From NCBI GenBank assembly GCA_026936335.1, contig JAPMXV010000063.1, positions 124,001 through 188,000 of the forward strand: a stretch of 64,000 bases of DNA, given 5' to 3'. How positions within the stretch are numbered: position 1 is the first letter of the stretch; each line of letters starts with the position of its first letter. This DNA is from Mantamonas sphyraenae STR306 (lineage: Eukaryota; Protista; CRuMs). The notes below the pieces were generated by a model, which saw only the letters and a program-made list of their open reading frames with translations, ran no database searches and was not told the origin of the DNA. The position numbers and the translations under genes are program-made. Positions 20,818-30,065 of this stretch are shown here, piece after piece.

Positions 20818-22803
20818 CTACCTGCGCCATTCTGACCTGCCCTCCATCCTCCCCACTTCCGGTCCAACTTCCACCTCCACGTCTGTCCGTGTGCCTCGCA
20901 GCCCCACAATCCAATCCAACACATCCGGTGTGATGTGTCGCCAGTTGTTTGCGTTGCTGCGAAACTTGAAATTGTCCGCCCGCGCACCCGGTGCCGTTCG
21001 TGCCAGAGACGGAGCGTAGTAGTTTGCTCGCATGCTCTTTGTGCCTTGTCGCCTTTCCATCCCCGCCACCCGTGGTTGCTGTCTGCGCATGTGTGACCTG
21101 CTGCTGCCACGTCGTCGTTCTTGTTCCCTCTCAGGCGACAACCACGGCGCGTGGAACGATGCTTGGTGGTTGTCCTCCTCTTCTTCGTCCTCCTCTTCCT
21201 CGTCCTCCTCCTGTCTCCTCTTCTCTCTCCTTTCCTTTCTGCTTCCACGCTTTGATCCACGCTCTCGTGTGTCCTGCTCCGCCAACTCGTGCAGTCGCAT
21301 CGGCGTCGACGACGCAATCGACGGCACACGTCCGTACTCCATCGCCAACGTCCTCTCTTCCTCGTCATCCTCTCCCTCGTCATTTTGTACACGTGCCAGA
21401 GCCACATCCTCCTCCTCCTCTTCGCTGTCCAGCACAAAGGTGTCGTCGTTGGCAATATCAAACAGCGATGGCGTCGCGGCACCCCGTGGCAACCCTTCTC
21501 CCGTTTCAAGCCCCTTCTTTGCACCCACCTTTGGCATTGGCATCGGTGTCAGCGCCGTCCTGGTTGCCACGGCTGACGTGGCTGTGACTGCAGATTGTGA
21601 CGACGCAGACGGCTGCGACGGAGTTGCCGGCTTGGCAGGTCGGTTGCTCTGCTGTGGCAACGCACGGAGCCTGGGTGTGTCCATGTTTGGTTGTGTGTGG
21701 TCCGGTGGATGTCCAAGTGGTTGATTCGTGGTGGGCACGGACGACGACGACGACGACGACGTGGATGCGGCGGCGGCAAAGAGCACCGTCCGTGGCAGCA
21801 GCTGGCTGCTGCCTGACATGATGGACATGTTCTGTGGCACCGCCACCTGTGTTCCCGTCTGCAACTTCCCCTGTGGCATGTGTGTCTCTTGTGTCGCTTG
21901 CTTCCTGCGCTCCCGTGCCACCTGTTCCATGCGGATGGCCGGCGACATGGGTCTGCGGATGTGCGCTTGGTGCGCCGCAGCTCGTGGCACCTCCACGCCA
22001 CCATGGCCATACACTCCGCCACCAGCCCCCACCGAACCGCTCGCACGTGCCATCAGCTGCGGTGCACTGATGCCCGTACCCGTTCCGTCCACCAGTCGTG
22101 CTGCCTGCGCTTCGTCTCTTCCGCGCGCCATGGGGAACGGTCGAAACAAGCGCAAAGGCTGCTGCTGGCCACGAAACGCACTCTGCTCACGCACAGGCCC
22201 CTCTGCTTGATTCGTATCCATCTTTCCTTCTTTGTCCATTGCCCTCTCTGTCTCAATGCCCGACGCTGGTGTCTCTGTGGCGGCCGTGGACGTTGACTCG
22301 GTCGTCTGGGAAGCCTCCTGTGTTGTCTGCTTTGGCGATCCTGTGGCTGCTGCTTGCATCATCACCTGCTGCTGTGCAGACAGCAACGCCTGCATGTTTT
22401 CCCTGTACTGGCGCAACATCTCCTCCTGCTGACTGATCCGCTCTTGCAGCAGGTGGTTCGTCAGCTGCAGCTCCCGCAACGCACGCGGCGACTCGGCCAC
22501 TCCCTCTCCCAGTGCCTCGCTCATGGGCGACATGAAGAATGACTGGTCCTGTCCCAGCTCCCGCTGCGCTGCACCGGAACGTTGCGTATCCGACGATGCA
22601 TGCAACGACGGCGTCGACGGAACCTCGGCCGCCGTCGCCGTCGCCGTCGCCTTTGCTGTCGTTGTGGTTGTCGTTGTCGATGCACTGCCCGCAGATTGTT
22701 CATTCACCACGTCCAAATATTTGACCATGCTGGCCACGTTTGTGCGCCAATTGACCAACAATTCCGACAGCTCCTCCTCCGCCTTTTCCTTGTCGCTCTC
22801 CAT
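20818..22803 (-). CDS. Low-complexity/coiled-coil region, probably the 5' exon of the CHAT-STAND-TPR gene (putative intron 20821-20746)
   Basis: Long ORF beginning MESDKEKAEEELSELL..., with a coiled coil (LRELQLTNHLLQERISQQEEML) and an acidic tract. It ends in CGC AG|GTAG, and the acceptor CACAAG|C at 20746 restores the downstream frame (WRSVRSVAMEQ). Confidence 0.55.
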   Translation of the reverse strand: MESDKEKAEEELSELLVNWRTNVASMVKYLDVVNEQSAGSASTTTTTTTAKATATATAAEVPSTPSLHASSDTQRSGAAQRELGQDQSFFMSPMSEALGEGVAESPRALRELQLTNHLLQERISQQEEMLRQYRENMQALLSAQQQVMMQAAATGSPKQTTQEASQTTESTSTAATETPASGIETERAMDKEGKMDTNQAEGPVREQSAFRGQQQPLRLFRPFPMARGRDEAQAARLVDGTGTGISAPQLMARASGSVGAGGGVYGHGGVEVPRAAAHQAHIRRPMSPAIRMEQVARERRKQATQETHMPQGKLQTGTQVAVPQNMSIMSGSSQLLPRTVLFAAAASTSSSSSSSVPTTNQPLGHPPDHTQPNMDTPRLRALPQQSNRPAKPATPSQPSASSQSAVTATSAVATRTALTPMPMPKVGAKKGLETGEGLPRGAATPSLFDIANDDTFVLDSEEEEEDVALARVQNDEGEDDEEERTLAMEYGRVPSIASSTPMRLHELAEQDTRERGSKRGSRKERREKRRQEEDEEEEDEEEEDNHQASFHAPWLSPEREQERRRGSSRSHMRRQQPRVAGMERRQGTKSMRANYYAPSLARTAPGARADNFKFRSNANNWRHITPDVLDWIVGLRGTRTDVEVEVGPEVGRMEGRSEWRR

Positions 22804-22906
22804 TCGGGGGCGTTTTTGTTTTGCATCACACATCGCACACATCGCACACTGCACACTGCACACTGCACCACCCACCCACGTCCCCGTGTTTTCTTTGTTT
22901 GTGCTC

Positions 22907-24889
22907 TCACCCCTTGATCACGCCCAGACGCACCAGCTCGTGGTACATCTTCTTGGTGTACACCGTTCCGTCTGCTGCCTCGATCTCCTCGTCCTCCTCC
23001 GGGTTGAACACCTCCACGTCCGCCTTGGTCTTCAGCTTCTCATACAGCTCCTGTGCCTCCTTGATCGATGTGATGTCGTGAAAGTGTGCCGTGTTTGGAA
23101 TGCCCAGGCAGCGCATGCCGTGTGCGTGGCGCCATTCTCGAAAGTGCTTCTCAAACGCTCGCCTGCCCCAGTACGACTCGTTGCCGCAGATTTCACACTT
23201 AAACTCGATGCCCAGGCCGTACAGCTTCCACAGCCAGTACGGGATCGGTTTGCCGTCCACACCCAGTGGCAGGTTCTTCGGGTTGGCCTTGACGTCGTCG
23301 TACACGTCTTCGTCCTCGTCGTCGCCCCCCACGTATCCGTCTGCATGCAGTCCCTCCTGCTCCTCGGCGTACTTTTCTGCCTCCAGTTCGGCCAGCGTCA
23401 TTGTCTGCTTCTTTTCCACGTTGCGTACGGCAGAGTCCACCTGCGTGCCAACCATCTCTGCCACTCGCTTCACCAGAAACTCTGCCTCTGCAACCTGCTT
23501 CTCCACCGCCGCCAGCGCCTTGTGCTTGCCTCCGTCCTTTTCCAGTTTCTTTGCAAACCGTTCGTGCTTCTTGCCCGGCAGATGCGCGTCGTACGTGCTC
23601 TCCTTGGCAAACAGCCGCCTGCACGCCACACAGAACAGGGCTTCGTCCTCCAGCAGCGTCACGCGTGCTGCCTCCTTTGCCGATTCACTCACTTCGTCCT
23701 CGTCCACCCCCAGCTTTGCGTCATCCACACCCACCACCTTGCTTCGCTCCGCCGTCCCTGTTCCCGCAATTGTTTCCGTGTCCATCAGCGAGGACGATGA
23801 TGACGATGATGATGATGACGACGACGTGGCTTCCGTATCCATGGCATCGCCATTGTCGGCTTCTTCTTCACCCTGAGCCTGTGCCTTGGCCAGAGCCAGG
23901 TGTGCATCGCGCGCTGCGTTCCGTTCCGCCCACCATGCCTCACCCCATCCGGGCAGACTCTGTCCCTCGGTCCAACTGCGCTCAAACTCTTCCCTCAGCG
24001 AGCGTAGGATGTCATCCAGATTGTACAGAGGTCGCACCCTGCGCACAAAGTCGCACAGGTACTCCAAGACGGACGTCACATACGCCAGGAACGCCTGGTC
24101 CTTGTCGTACCTTGAGATCTGCTCCAGTTTGTCAAACGTGCGCAGGTACGTCAGGTAGTCCGTGTTCCTGTGTGCCCCGCCTCCTCCTTGCAGCTTCAGG
24201 TTCTGGTACTGCGTGTGCAGCGTGTGCATGTCCACACGCTTCCCGTATGCCTCCTCGCCAGAAAACTGCACCTCTGTACCGTCGTGTGTCCCCGTGTGTA
24301 CCCATCCTCTGTGTCAGTGTCACCAAAACTCTGTTTCCATCGCCCTCATCGCCCATGCGGCGTCTCGCCAGCTCTGCCGCGCGCTTTCCGTCGCCCGTGT
24401 CTTGCCCCCCCCTCCCCGTACGTACCATTCAGCACCTCCGATGCGTCCTCTGCATCCTCATCCACAATGATATCGTATCCGGCCTCGGGATGACGCCTGT
24501 GGTAGTCTTTGAGCTCACGCAGCTGCTCGTAAAAGTGGGAAAACTGCTCGTTTGTGTTGTTGCCTGCCGCAAGCGCAGCCACCTCCTGCTGCATCAGGCT
24601 CTTCTCGCCCGTGTGCATTTCCACCAGCCTTTGGTTTGTGTCCATCAGCTTCTCCACCAATTTGTTGATCCGATGCTGGTTCAGCACGCTTTGCCGTTGC
24701 TGTAGAATCACACACACACGTCGAGGATGTCAGCCACAGCCACAGCCACTCACTCCATCCCCCCCTCCCGCCCTCTTTCCACACACTCACCGTCCTCTGT
24801 TGGTCTCCCATCAGAGCGCAGATCTCCTGCTCGAAGCGCTCCACGTCCTCGTGCAGCGTCCGTGCGTGTTCCAACTGCGTCGAACTCAT
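22907..24889 (-). CDS. SF3A3: Splicing factor SF3A3/PRP9; two introns
   Basis: MSSTQLEHARTLHEDVERFE, 'FYEQLRELKDYHRRHP', 'FSGEEAYGKRVD', 'NPKNLPLGVDGKPIPYWLWKLYGL', zinc finger 'CEICGNESYWGRRAFEKHFREWRHAHGMRCLGIP'. Confidence 0.95.
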
Positions 24890-25094
24890 GACGGCTTTTG
24901 GCTGCGCAGCCGCTCGCACTAAAAAACACACGGCGATGATTCCTGCGTGAAGGACCACAAACAACACAACACGTGACTCATCCATCTACACTCCCCCTCC
25001 TCTCCCTCAACTTCCTCCCGTCCGCACTCGTGCGCTGTGGACCAAGGTATGTGCCGGACCCACTCGGTTCAACTCCCGACGACCGCCTACAGGC

Positions 25095-25184
25095 CACGTG
25101 CAGATGATTATAACAAGACGCACCATAGATCTGAAAATATATGATCGAAGCGTCGTTAAATGCACTACCACGATGATGCACGTG
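25095..25184 (+). ncRNA. Box C/D snoRNA candidate, SNORD33/snR55-like (18S rRNA guide)
   Basis: 8-bp terminal stem CACGTGCA/TGCACGTG; C box ATGATTA (25104), D' CTGA (25131), C' ATGATC (25141), D-like ATGA (25173). Guide ATGCACTACCAC is complementary (one G-U) to conserved 18S GUGGUGGUGCAU. Lies between a GTATGT donor (25047) and a CAG acceptor (25210). Confidence 0.65.
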
Positions 25185-25460
25185 TCCAGGCGCCTTTTGC
25201 ACGCACTCAGGTTTTCCTCCTCGCAACGCCACATGCAAACTCACCACCCACGTTTCCCCTCTCCCACCGTTTTCCTCCCGTGATTAGCGTCCCCACGGCT
25301 GTGTACAAGCACAGCTGCCCACGTGCACCCCACAATCCGCCACACGGCCACATGCACCAACACAACCCGTCCCAAGGTGAGTCCCCCATCGTACACCCAA
25401 GCCTCAGCCGGCATCCCGTTCTCGCCCTTCCCGCCCTTCCCGCCTTGCACCTCCTCTCAA

Positions 25461-25564
25461 GTCACCTGAGAGGATTAGACCTTACTTGGTTCGTGTTTCC
25501 GAGACAGGCATTGTATGCCTTGTCCATGATATCACCTATTATTCAAGACCTATGATCTCGTGAC
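25461..25564 (+). ncRNA. Box C/D snoRNA candidate, SNORD18/snR18-like (LSU rRNA guide)
   Basis: Terminal stem GTCAC..GAGA/TCTC-GTGAC and C-like GGATTA. Guide CTTGGTTCGTGTTT before D' CCGA is complementary to conserved LSU GAAACACGGACCAAG, and the D'+5 base pairs with the A equivalent to yeast Am649. Internal hairpin GACAGGCA/TGCCTTGTC, C' ATGATAT, second element TTCAAGAC complementary to the adjacent LSU GUCUUGAA, and D-like ATGA. Confidence 0.72.
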
Positions 25565-25589
25565 GTTGCCTCTGTTGTGTTCCCGTTTT

Positions 25590-27110
25590 TCAAGTTTGCA
25601 CCGACTTGCCCTGCAGCCAGTCCCACCGCTCAGTCCTCACACCGCCCACATTCTTCTCTGCGTCTGCCCACCAGGCAGGGTCCACAATCTCGTTGGCGTG
25701 GCTTGCCGGAATACGTGCCTTTGTGCAAAAGTGCGACGGCGGATCCGTGTTGTCGATTTCCAGCCGGCTGTTGACGTCGCGTGTGGTCTTGTGGCATCCG
25801 AGATGCGTTAGGGTGTTGAATACAAGGCCTCGTTCGCCGCGTCTGTACATCAATACACTGTCCACAATGCGGGACACCTTGTGTGCGCACGTCATGCCCC
25901 GATCCAGCAAACTCTGGCTCAGTTTCATCCTCTTCTTGATCCCTGCATGGTCGTTCAGCCAGCGATTCAGCGTGGACACAATCACGTCAGGTGGCACGTT
26001 GTGGCGCAGCTCAAACATGGCACTCCTGTACATCGCATCGTCCTCCAGCGGCAGATCAGAGACCACCGCTGTGCCCACCGCAAACGCCTCGGCGTACTTC
26101 ATGATGGCGTAGCGAAACACAGACGCATCGAAAATCACCAGTCTGGAGTTTCCCAGCTGCCTGAGAAAGTCACGTGTCTGGTTCATCAGCGTGCCTGTGT
26201 CCGCTTCGATGTCGATGTACCCCTGGCCGTCGTTGTCCACCCTCAGTCCCATACCCAGCCGTTCCTGCTCACTGAAATGATCCGGATAACCTGGGTGCCC
26301 ACGTGAGATGATCACCTTTGCGTCCAGCTTGCCAGCCATGGCAGCCGCACGCAACGCTACGCGCAACGGATAGAATGGCGCATACAGACTGCCCACAAAG
26401 AGGACATCCGTCGTCCGCTCCTCATAGGGTTTGTGGTAGCGCTTGTGAAAGTCCCCTGCACAGAACGGCAGCTGGTAGATCAACCGCTGCGCCCACATAG
26501 GCTTGTCCTGGAAGAACAGGTAGTTTTCGTACCCGTATGTGGAAAAGATGATGTCTGCCGACTTGACCTCTTCGTAGCACAGTCCATCCTGGCAGTCGCC
26601 CGCTCGGATGGCAATCAGAGTCTTGGGTGTGAGTTCGTCACGCTCCCGTACGATTTGAGCTCGGCTCACAGAGTGCAGTTCCTTCGTGTTTGGAAAGGTC
26701 AGGAAGCAGTAGATCACATCAAAGTGGTTCCTGCCGTACCGGTCCACCACATTCTCGATGGCACTGCGGTTGTTGTTGTACCCTGGCCACCCGGGCCCAA
26801 ACACCTCGGCTTCCCGCACGCACGGATGAACACGCGTCTCCTCAAACACAAACTGTTCCTGCTTGTCCATGCGCGACGCATAGAACGAATACTCGTACCA
26901 GAACAGCAGGGCCACTCCCTCGCCTCCTTCCTCCATGCACTTGACGCGTTCGTCGTCCCACGGGTTCGGCTCCCCGGCAAGCCGTCTGCTTCGTCCACCC
27001 TCCACACTGCTGCTCGTCATCAGCGGCCCGTGTGCGTACCGGCCCACGTACACAAACACTATACACACACACATACACAGCGCCATGCGCTTCAGCGTCT
27101 GGATGCCCAT
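25590..27110 (-). CDS. Type II membrane glycosyltransferase-like protein (GT-B, Glyco_trans_1_2/YkvP-like)
   Basis: N-terminal TM anchor; 'DVLFVGSLYAPFYPLR', 'GHPGY', 'LRQLGNSRLVIFDASVFRYAIMKYAEAFAVGTAVVSD'. Confidence 0.65.
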   Translation of the reverse strand: MGIQTLKRMALCMCVCIVFVYVGRYAHGPLMTSSSVEGGRSRRLAGEPNPWDDERVKCMEEGGEGVALLFWYEYSFYASRMDKQEQFVFEETRVHPCVREAEVFGPGWPGYNNNRSAIENVVDRYGRNHFDVIYCFLTFPNTKELHSVSRAQIVRERDELTPKTLIAIRAGDCQDGLCYEEVKSADIIFSTYGYENYLFFQDKPMWAQRLIYQLPFCAGDFHKRYHKPYEERTTDVLFVGSLYAPFYPLRVALRAAAMAGKLDAKVIISRGHPGYPDHFSEQERLGMGLRVDNDGQGYIDIEADTGTLMNQTRDFLRQLGNSRLVIFDASVFRYAIMKYAEAFAVGTAVVSDLPLEDDAMYRSAMFELRHNVPPDVIVSTLNRWLNDHAGIKKRMKLSQSLLDRGMTCAHKVSRIVDSVLMYRRGERGLVFNTLTHLGCHKTTRDVNSRLEIDNTDPPSHFCTKARIPASHANEIVDPAWWADAEKNVGGVRTERWDWLQGKSVQT

Positions 27111-27261
27111 GGGGGGAGCGGGAGGGGACTTGGTTCGCAAAAGGGCTGCGTGAGTTGGCGCGTCGCCAATCCCACGCAGCCTTTTGGCACTGCAATGCAC
27201 GCCCTAGCGCCAAGTCAACGGATCCACAACTCCCGTCGTAGTACGCTGTTGGGGAAATTGC

Positions 27262-29013
27262 ATGGACAAGGCCCCGTCACAGCGACATCCCATGCTGCGC
27301 GTTGGGGCCCAGCTCACCAGCCTCTGTTCGGAACCCCACCTCCCCGACCCGATGTGGATTGCACAGGCGTGGCGGGCGCTATCTGCCTCGCCTCAGATGC
27401 TGCTGCTTTTGGGGTTGAGCATGTTGTTGGGCTTCAACATCGGGTTCTACTCGCAGATGGAAGGCAGCAGCTTGGTGGCGGCGGACCATTCGTCGAATCC
27501 AGACGTGAGGCACGAGGGCGTGCTGGTGGACGACACGCTGCCCATGATTGAGTGTCGCCGCTACAAACCCATCCCCATTCTCTTTTTTGTACAGGACGAG
27601 GATCACATGACCGCAGAGGTGCGGGATACGCTGGAGAGTGCCCGCAAACACCCGTGTGTAACCCACGTCACCCTGGTACACACCAAACACTACTCCTACC
27701 AAAGCAACCAGTCGCCTGCAGAGAACATCCAGCGTATGCTCGGCACACAGTTTGACTACAAACTCATTTACTCTTTCATGACTCCGCCCGTGGACCTCGG
27801 CGGGTGGGACCCGCCCCCTCCCCCGCCGCCGGACGGCTTTGCCCACATGGAAAACGACAAGGACCCACGCTTCCCCGTATCATCTGCATTCTACTCCCAG
27901 TGTGAAATGAGCCAGTGCATGGTACCTCTCGGTGTCTTTCACGACAAGCTCAACTACCACAACCTCGAGCTCCATCGCGTGCACCGTCTGCCTCGCTCCT
28001 CCATTGTCTTTGTACCCAACACCTACGAGTTTCTGCGCCTGACCCACGCCGACCCTTCCCGTCTCTACGTCCACCTGCCCAGCTGCGTCTCTTCCCATTA
28101 CTTTGAAACAGACGTCATCGACGGCACCCGCAAGATCGACCTCCTCCTCGCCATCGGCCCCAAGGGCGACACCCTCAACCCCATCACCGTCACTCTCAGC
28201 CATGCTCTCAAACAGGGTCACTTTGCACAGTTTACCTCCCGCTGGAACGTTGCCATCATGCATCTGCAGACCGACGGCGTGAAAAAGGTCGTCTACAACG
28301 TCGGCCGCACCAACCAGCGCACCCTGCGCGTGCCCAGCATCGCCAAAATCCTTCGCGACGCTCGCGTTATGGCCTTGGACACAACCATGTACCGTCTCGT
28401 GCCCAAGCTCTTTCCCAAGGCCTTCCTCAGCTGGACTGCGGTGGCGTCCGACGTGCCCCTCGAGGCCCCTGGTGCCATGCACCGTGCTCTGCTGCAGATG
28501 CCCCAACACTGGACCCACGACCAACGCATCCACAACCTCGACCGCTGGCTGCAGAACCTACACCTGCTGCGTTCCAAGACACGGTACGCCCACAACTGGG
28601 CCAGCACACACTACAGTTGCCGCCAACGCGTCGCTCGCATCGTCAACGCCTACCACGCCTTTGTCTCTGCCGAACGTGGCCTCAAGATGAACAGCAAGAT
28701 GCGCTTTGGTTGCCAAGTGGAGAATCTCGACGAAGCCCTCAAGTCCACCCAGCAGGTTGCCCAGTGGCGCGCAGAGAAGTTTGAGCCATCGGGCAAGCAG
28801 TGGAAGGCTGCTGGATACAACGAATTTTGTCGCTGGGAAACCCTGCCTGTGGTCAGTGTCGAAGACCCGCGTGTGCAGCTGCCCAACACTAAGGATGGCA
28901 GTGCCAAAGCCGACAAACCGAGCCCCAACCACGACAACGACGACGACGACCACCACGACAATGTCACACCAAACGACGACCACCACGACAAAAAGAAGCC
29001 TACAGATGAATAG
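27262..29013 (+). CDS. Divergent paralog of the neighbouring glycosyltransferase-like protein
   Basis: N-terminal TM; shared motifs ETRVHPCV/ESARKHPCV, TAVVSDLPLE/TAVASDVPLE, CAHKVSRIV..GERGL..LGC/CRQRVARIV..AERGL..FGC. Confidence 0.6.
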   Translation: MDKAPSQRHPMLRVGAQLTSLCSEPHLPDPMWIAQAWRALSASPQMLLLLGLSMLLGFNIGFYSQMEGSSLVAADHSSNPDVRHEGVLVDDTLPMIECRRYKPIPILFFVQDEDHMTAEVRDTLESARKHPCVTHVTLVHTKHYSYQSNQSPAENIQRMLGTQFDYKLIYSFMTPPVDLGGWDPPPPPPPDGFAHMENDKDPRFPVSSAFYSQCEMSQCMVPLGVFHDKLNYHNLELHRVHRLPRSSIVFVPNTYEFLRLTHADPSRLYVHLPSCVSSHYFETDVIDGTRKIDLLLAIGPKGDTLNPITVTLSHALKQGHFAQFTSRWNVAIMHLQTDGVKKVVYNVGRTNQRTLRVPSIAKILRDARVMALDTTMYRLVPKLFPKAFLSWTAVASDVPLEAPGAMHRALLQMPQHWTHDQRIHNLDRWLQNLHLLRSKTRYAHNWASTHYSCRQRVARIVNAYHAFVSAERGLKMNSKMRFGCQVENLDEALKSTQQVAQWRAEKFEPSGKQWKAAGYNEFCRWETLPVVSVEDPRVQLPNTKDGSAKADKPSPNHDNDDDDHHDNVTPNDDHHDKKKPTDE

Positions 29014-29138
29014 AGAGTAGAATGATTGGATCATTGTGTGCGTTCATGAGTGCATTTTCCGCCCCTTTGTCGCTCCAGCTTCCGGACCCCGCGGCAATGG
29101 ATTTTTCAGATGCTGCTGCTGGCTGCTGCAAGCACACC

Positions 29139-30065
29139 TCAGTACCCGTCCCTTTCATCCAACTTTGTCTGCCGAATAAAGTCGCTCAGTGCGTCCTCCG
29201 ACTCGTGTGTTTGCACCCAACGCATGCCGGCGACGTCAAAGTTGCTGTCCACCAGCCATTCCAGATTGCGCAGCGAGTTGTCGTTGGACACCACCAGCAC
29301 ATACAACTTTCGTGTCGACGAGCATCGTTGAAGGTCCATGCCCATCTGAAACGTGATCGCATGGTCTGCTGCGTCCTTTGCCGCGTCTCGCGACGCCGAG
29401 TAAACGTCCGCGTTGATGATGTCCACCTTGCCCTTCTTCTGCCTCTCAAACACCCCCTGGCCATAGAACAGACCAAACCACACTCGGTGTACATCCTCAT
29501 CATCCACAAGAGACGCCATGGATGTGGCGTCGAAACTGTCTGCATCCACGTAGCACCAGATCTGCTCCGGCTTGCTAAAGTCGCGTGTCGCAAACACCCG
29601 TTCCGGTTCGGGCTGCGCGCTGCTGCTACCAAAGCTGCTGGTAAGCTCTTCAAACTTAAAGTTGGGTGCGTTGCTGGCATAGAGCGTGTGGCCGAGCGAG
29701 CCACTCGTGGTACTGTTGCTACCGCTGCTGCCGACGTTGTAACCACTGCTGCTCTCCACGTCAACATCCATTTCATACTTTCCTCCGCTGCTGCTGTTCT
29801 GCGCAGCCGCTACTGCAAACCGATGCTGCGAGTACGATCCACCCATGGCCTCAAACACCATATTGGCTGCCGTCTTCTGCGCCGACTTCTTTGAAGACCC
29901 TGTCGCCGCCCTTGCAATTTCGTGAACGCCATTGCTCACTGTGCAACGGCAGGCAAACACAGGTTGGTGGTCAGTCCCCCCCACCTTGCTGTGTTCGTAA
30001 TCCACAGTCAGCCGCGCGTGCTGATCGGTCATCTCTTTCAAGGCGCCAATGGGATTAGTCGTCAT
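29139..30065 (-). CDS. dsRNA-binding domain + NYN/PIN-like nuclease domain protein
   Basis: dsRBD: 'NPIGALKEM...GGTDHQPVFACRCTV...ATGSSKKSAQKTAA'. Ser-rich linker. PIN/NYN-like acidic motifs 'WCYVDADS', 'AKDAADHAITF', 'VLVVSNDNSL'. Confidence 0.7.
   Translation of the reverse strand: MTTNPIGALKEMTDQHARLTVDYEHSKVGGTDHQPVFACRCTVSNGVHEIARAATGSSKKSAQKTAANMVFEAMGGSYSQHRFAVAAAQNSSSGGKYEMDVDVESSSGYNVGSSGSNSTTSGSLGHTLYASNAPNFKFEELTSSFGSSSAQPEPERVFATRDFSKPEQIWCYVDADSFDATSMASLVDDEDVHRVWFGLFYGQGVFERQKKGKVDIINADVYSASRDAAKDAADHAITFQMGMDLQRCSSTRKLYVLVVSNDNSLRNLEWLVDSNFDVAGMRWVQTHESEDALSDFIRQTKLDERDGY

Noticed and set aside
20787-21524. N-terminal ~245 aa of the 1690-aa ORF
   Set aside because: It is an alternative-frame read of the upstream exon (Arg-rich shadow of a Glu/Asp tract); the coding frame there is ORF 20818..22875.
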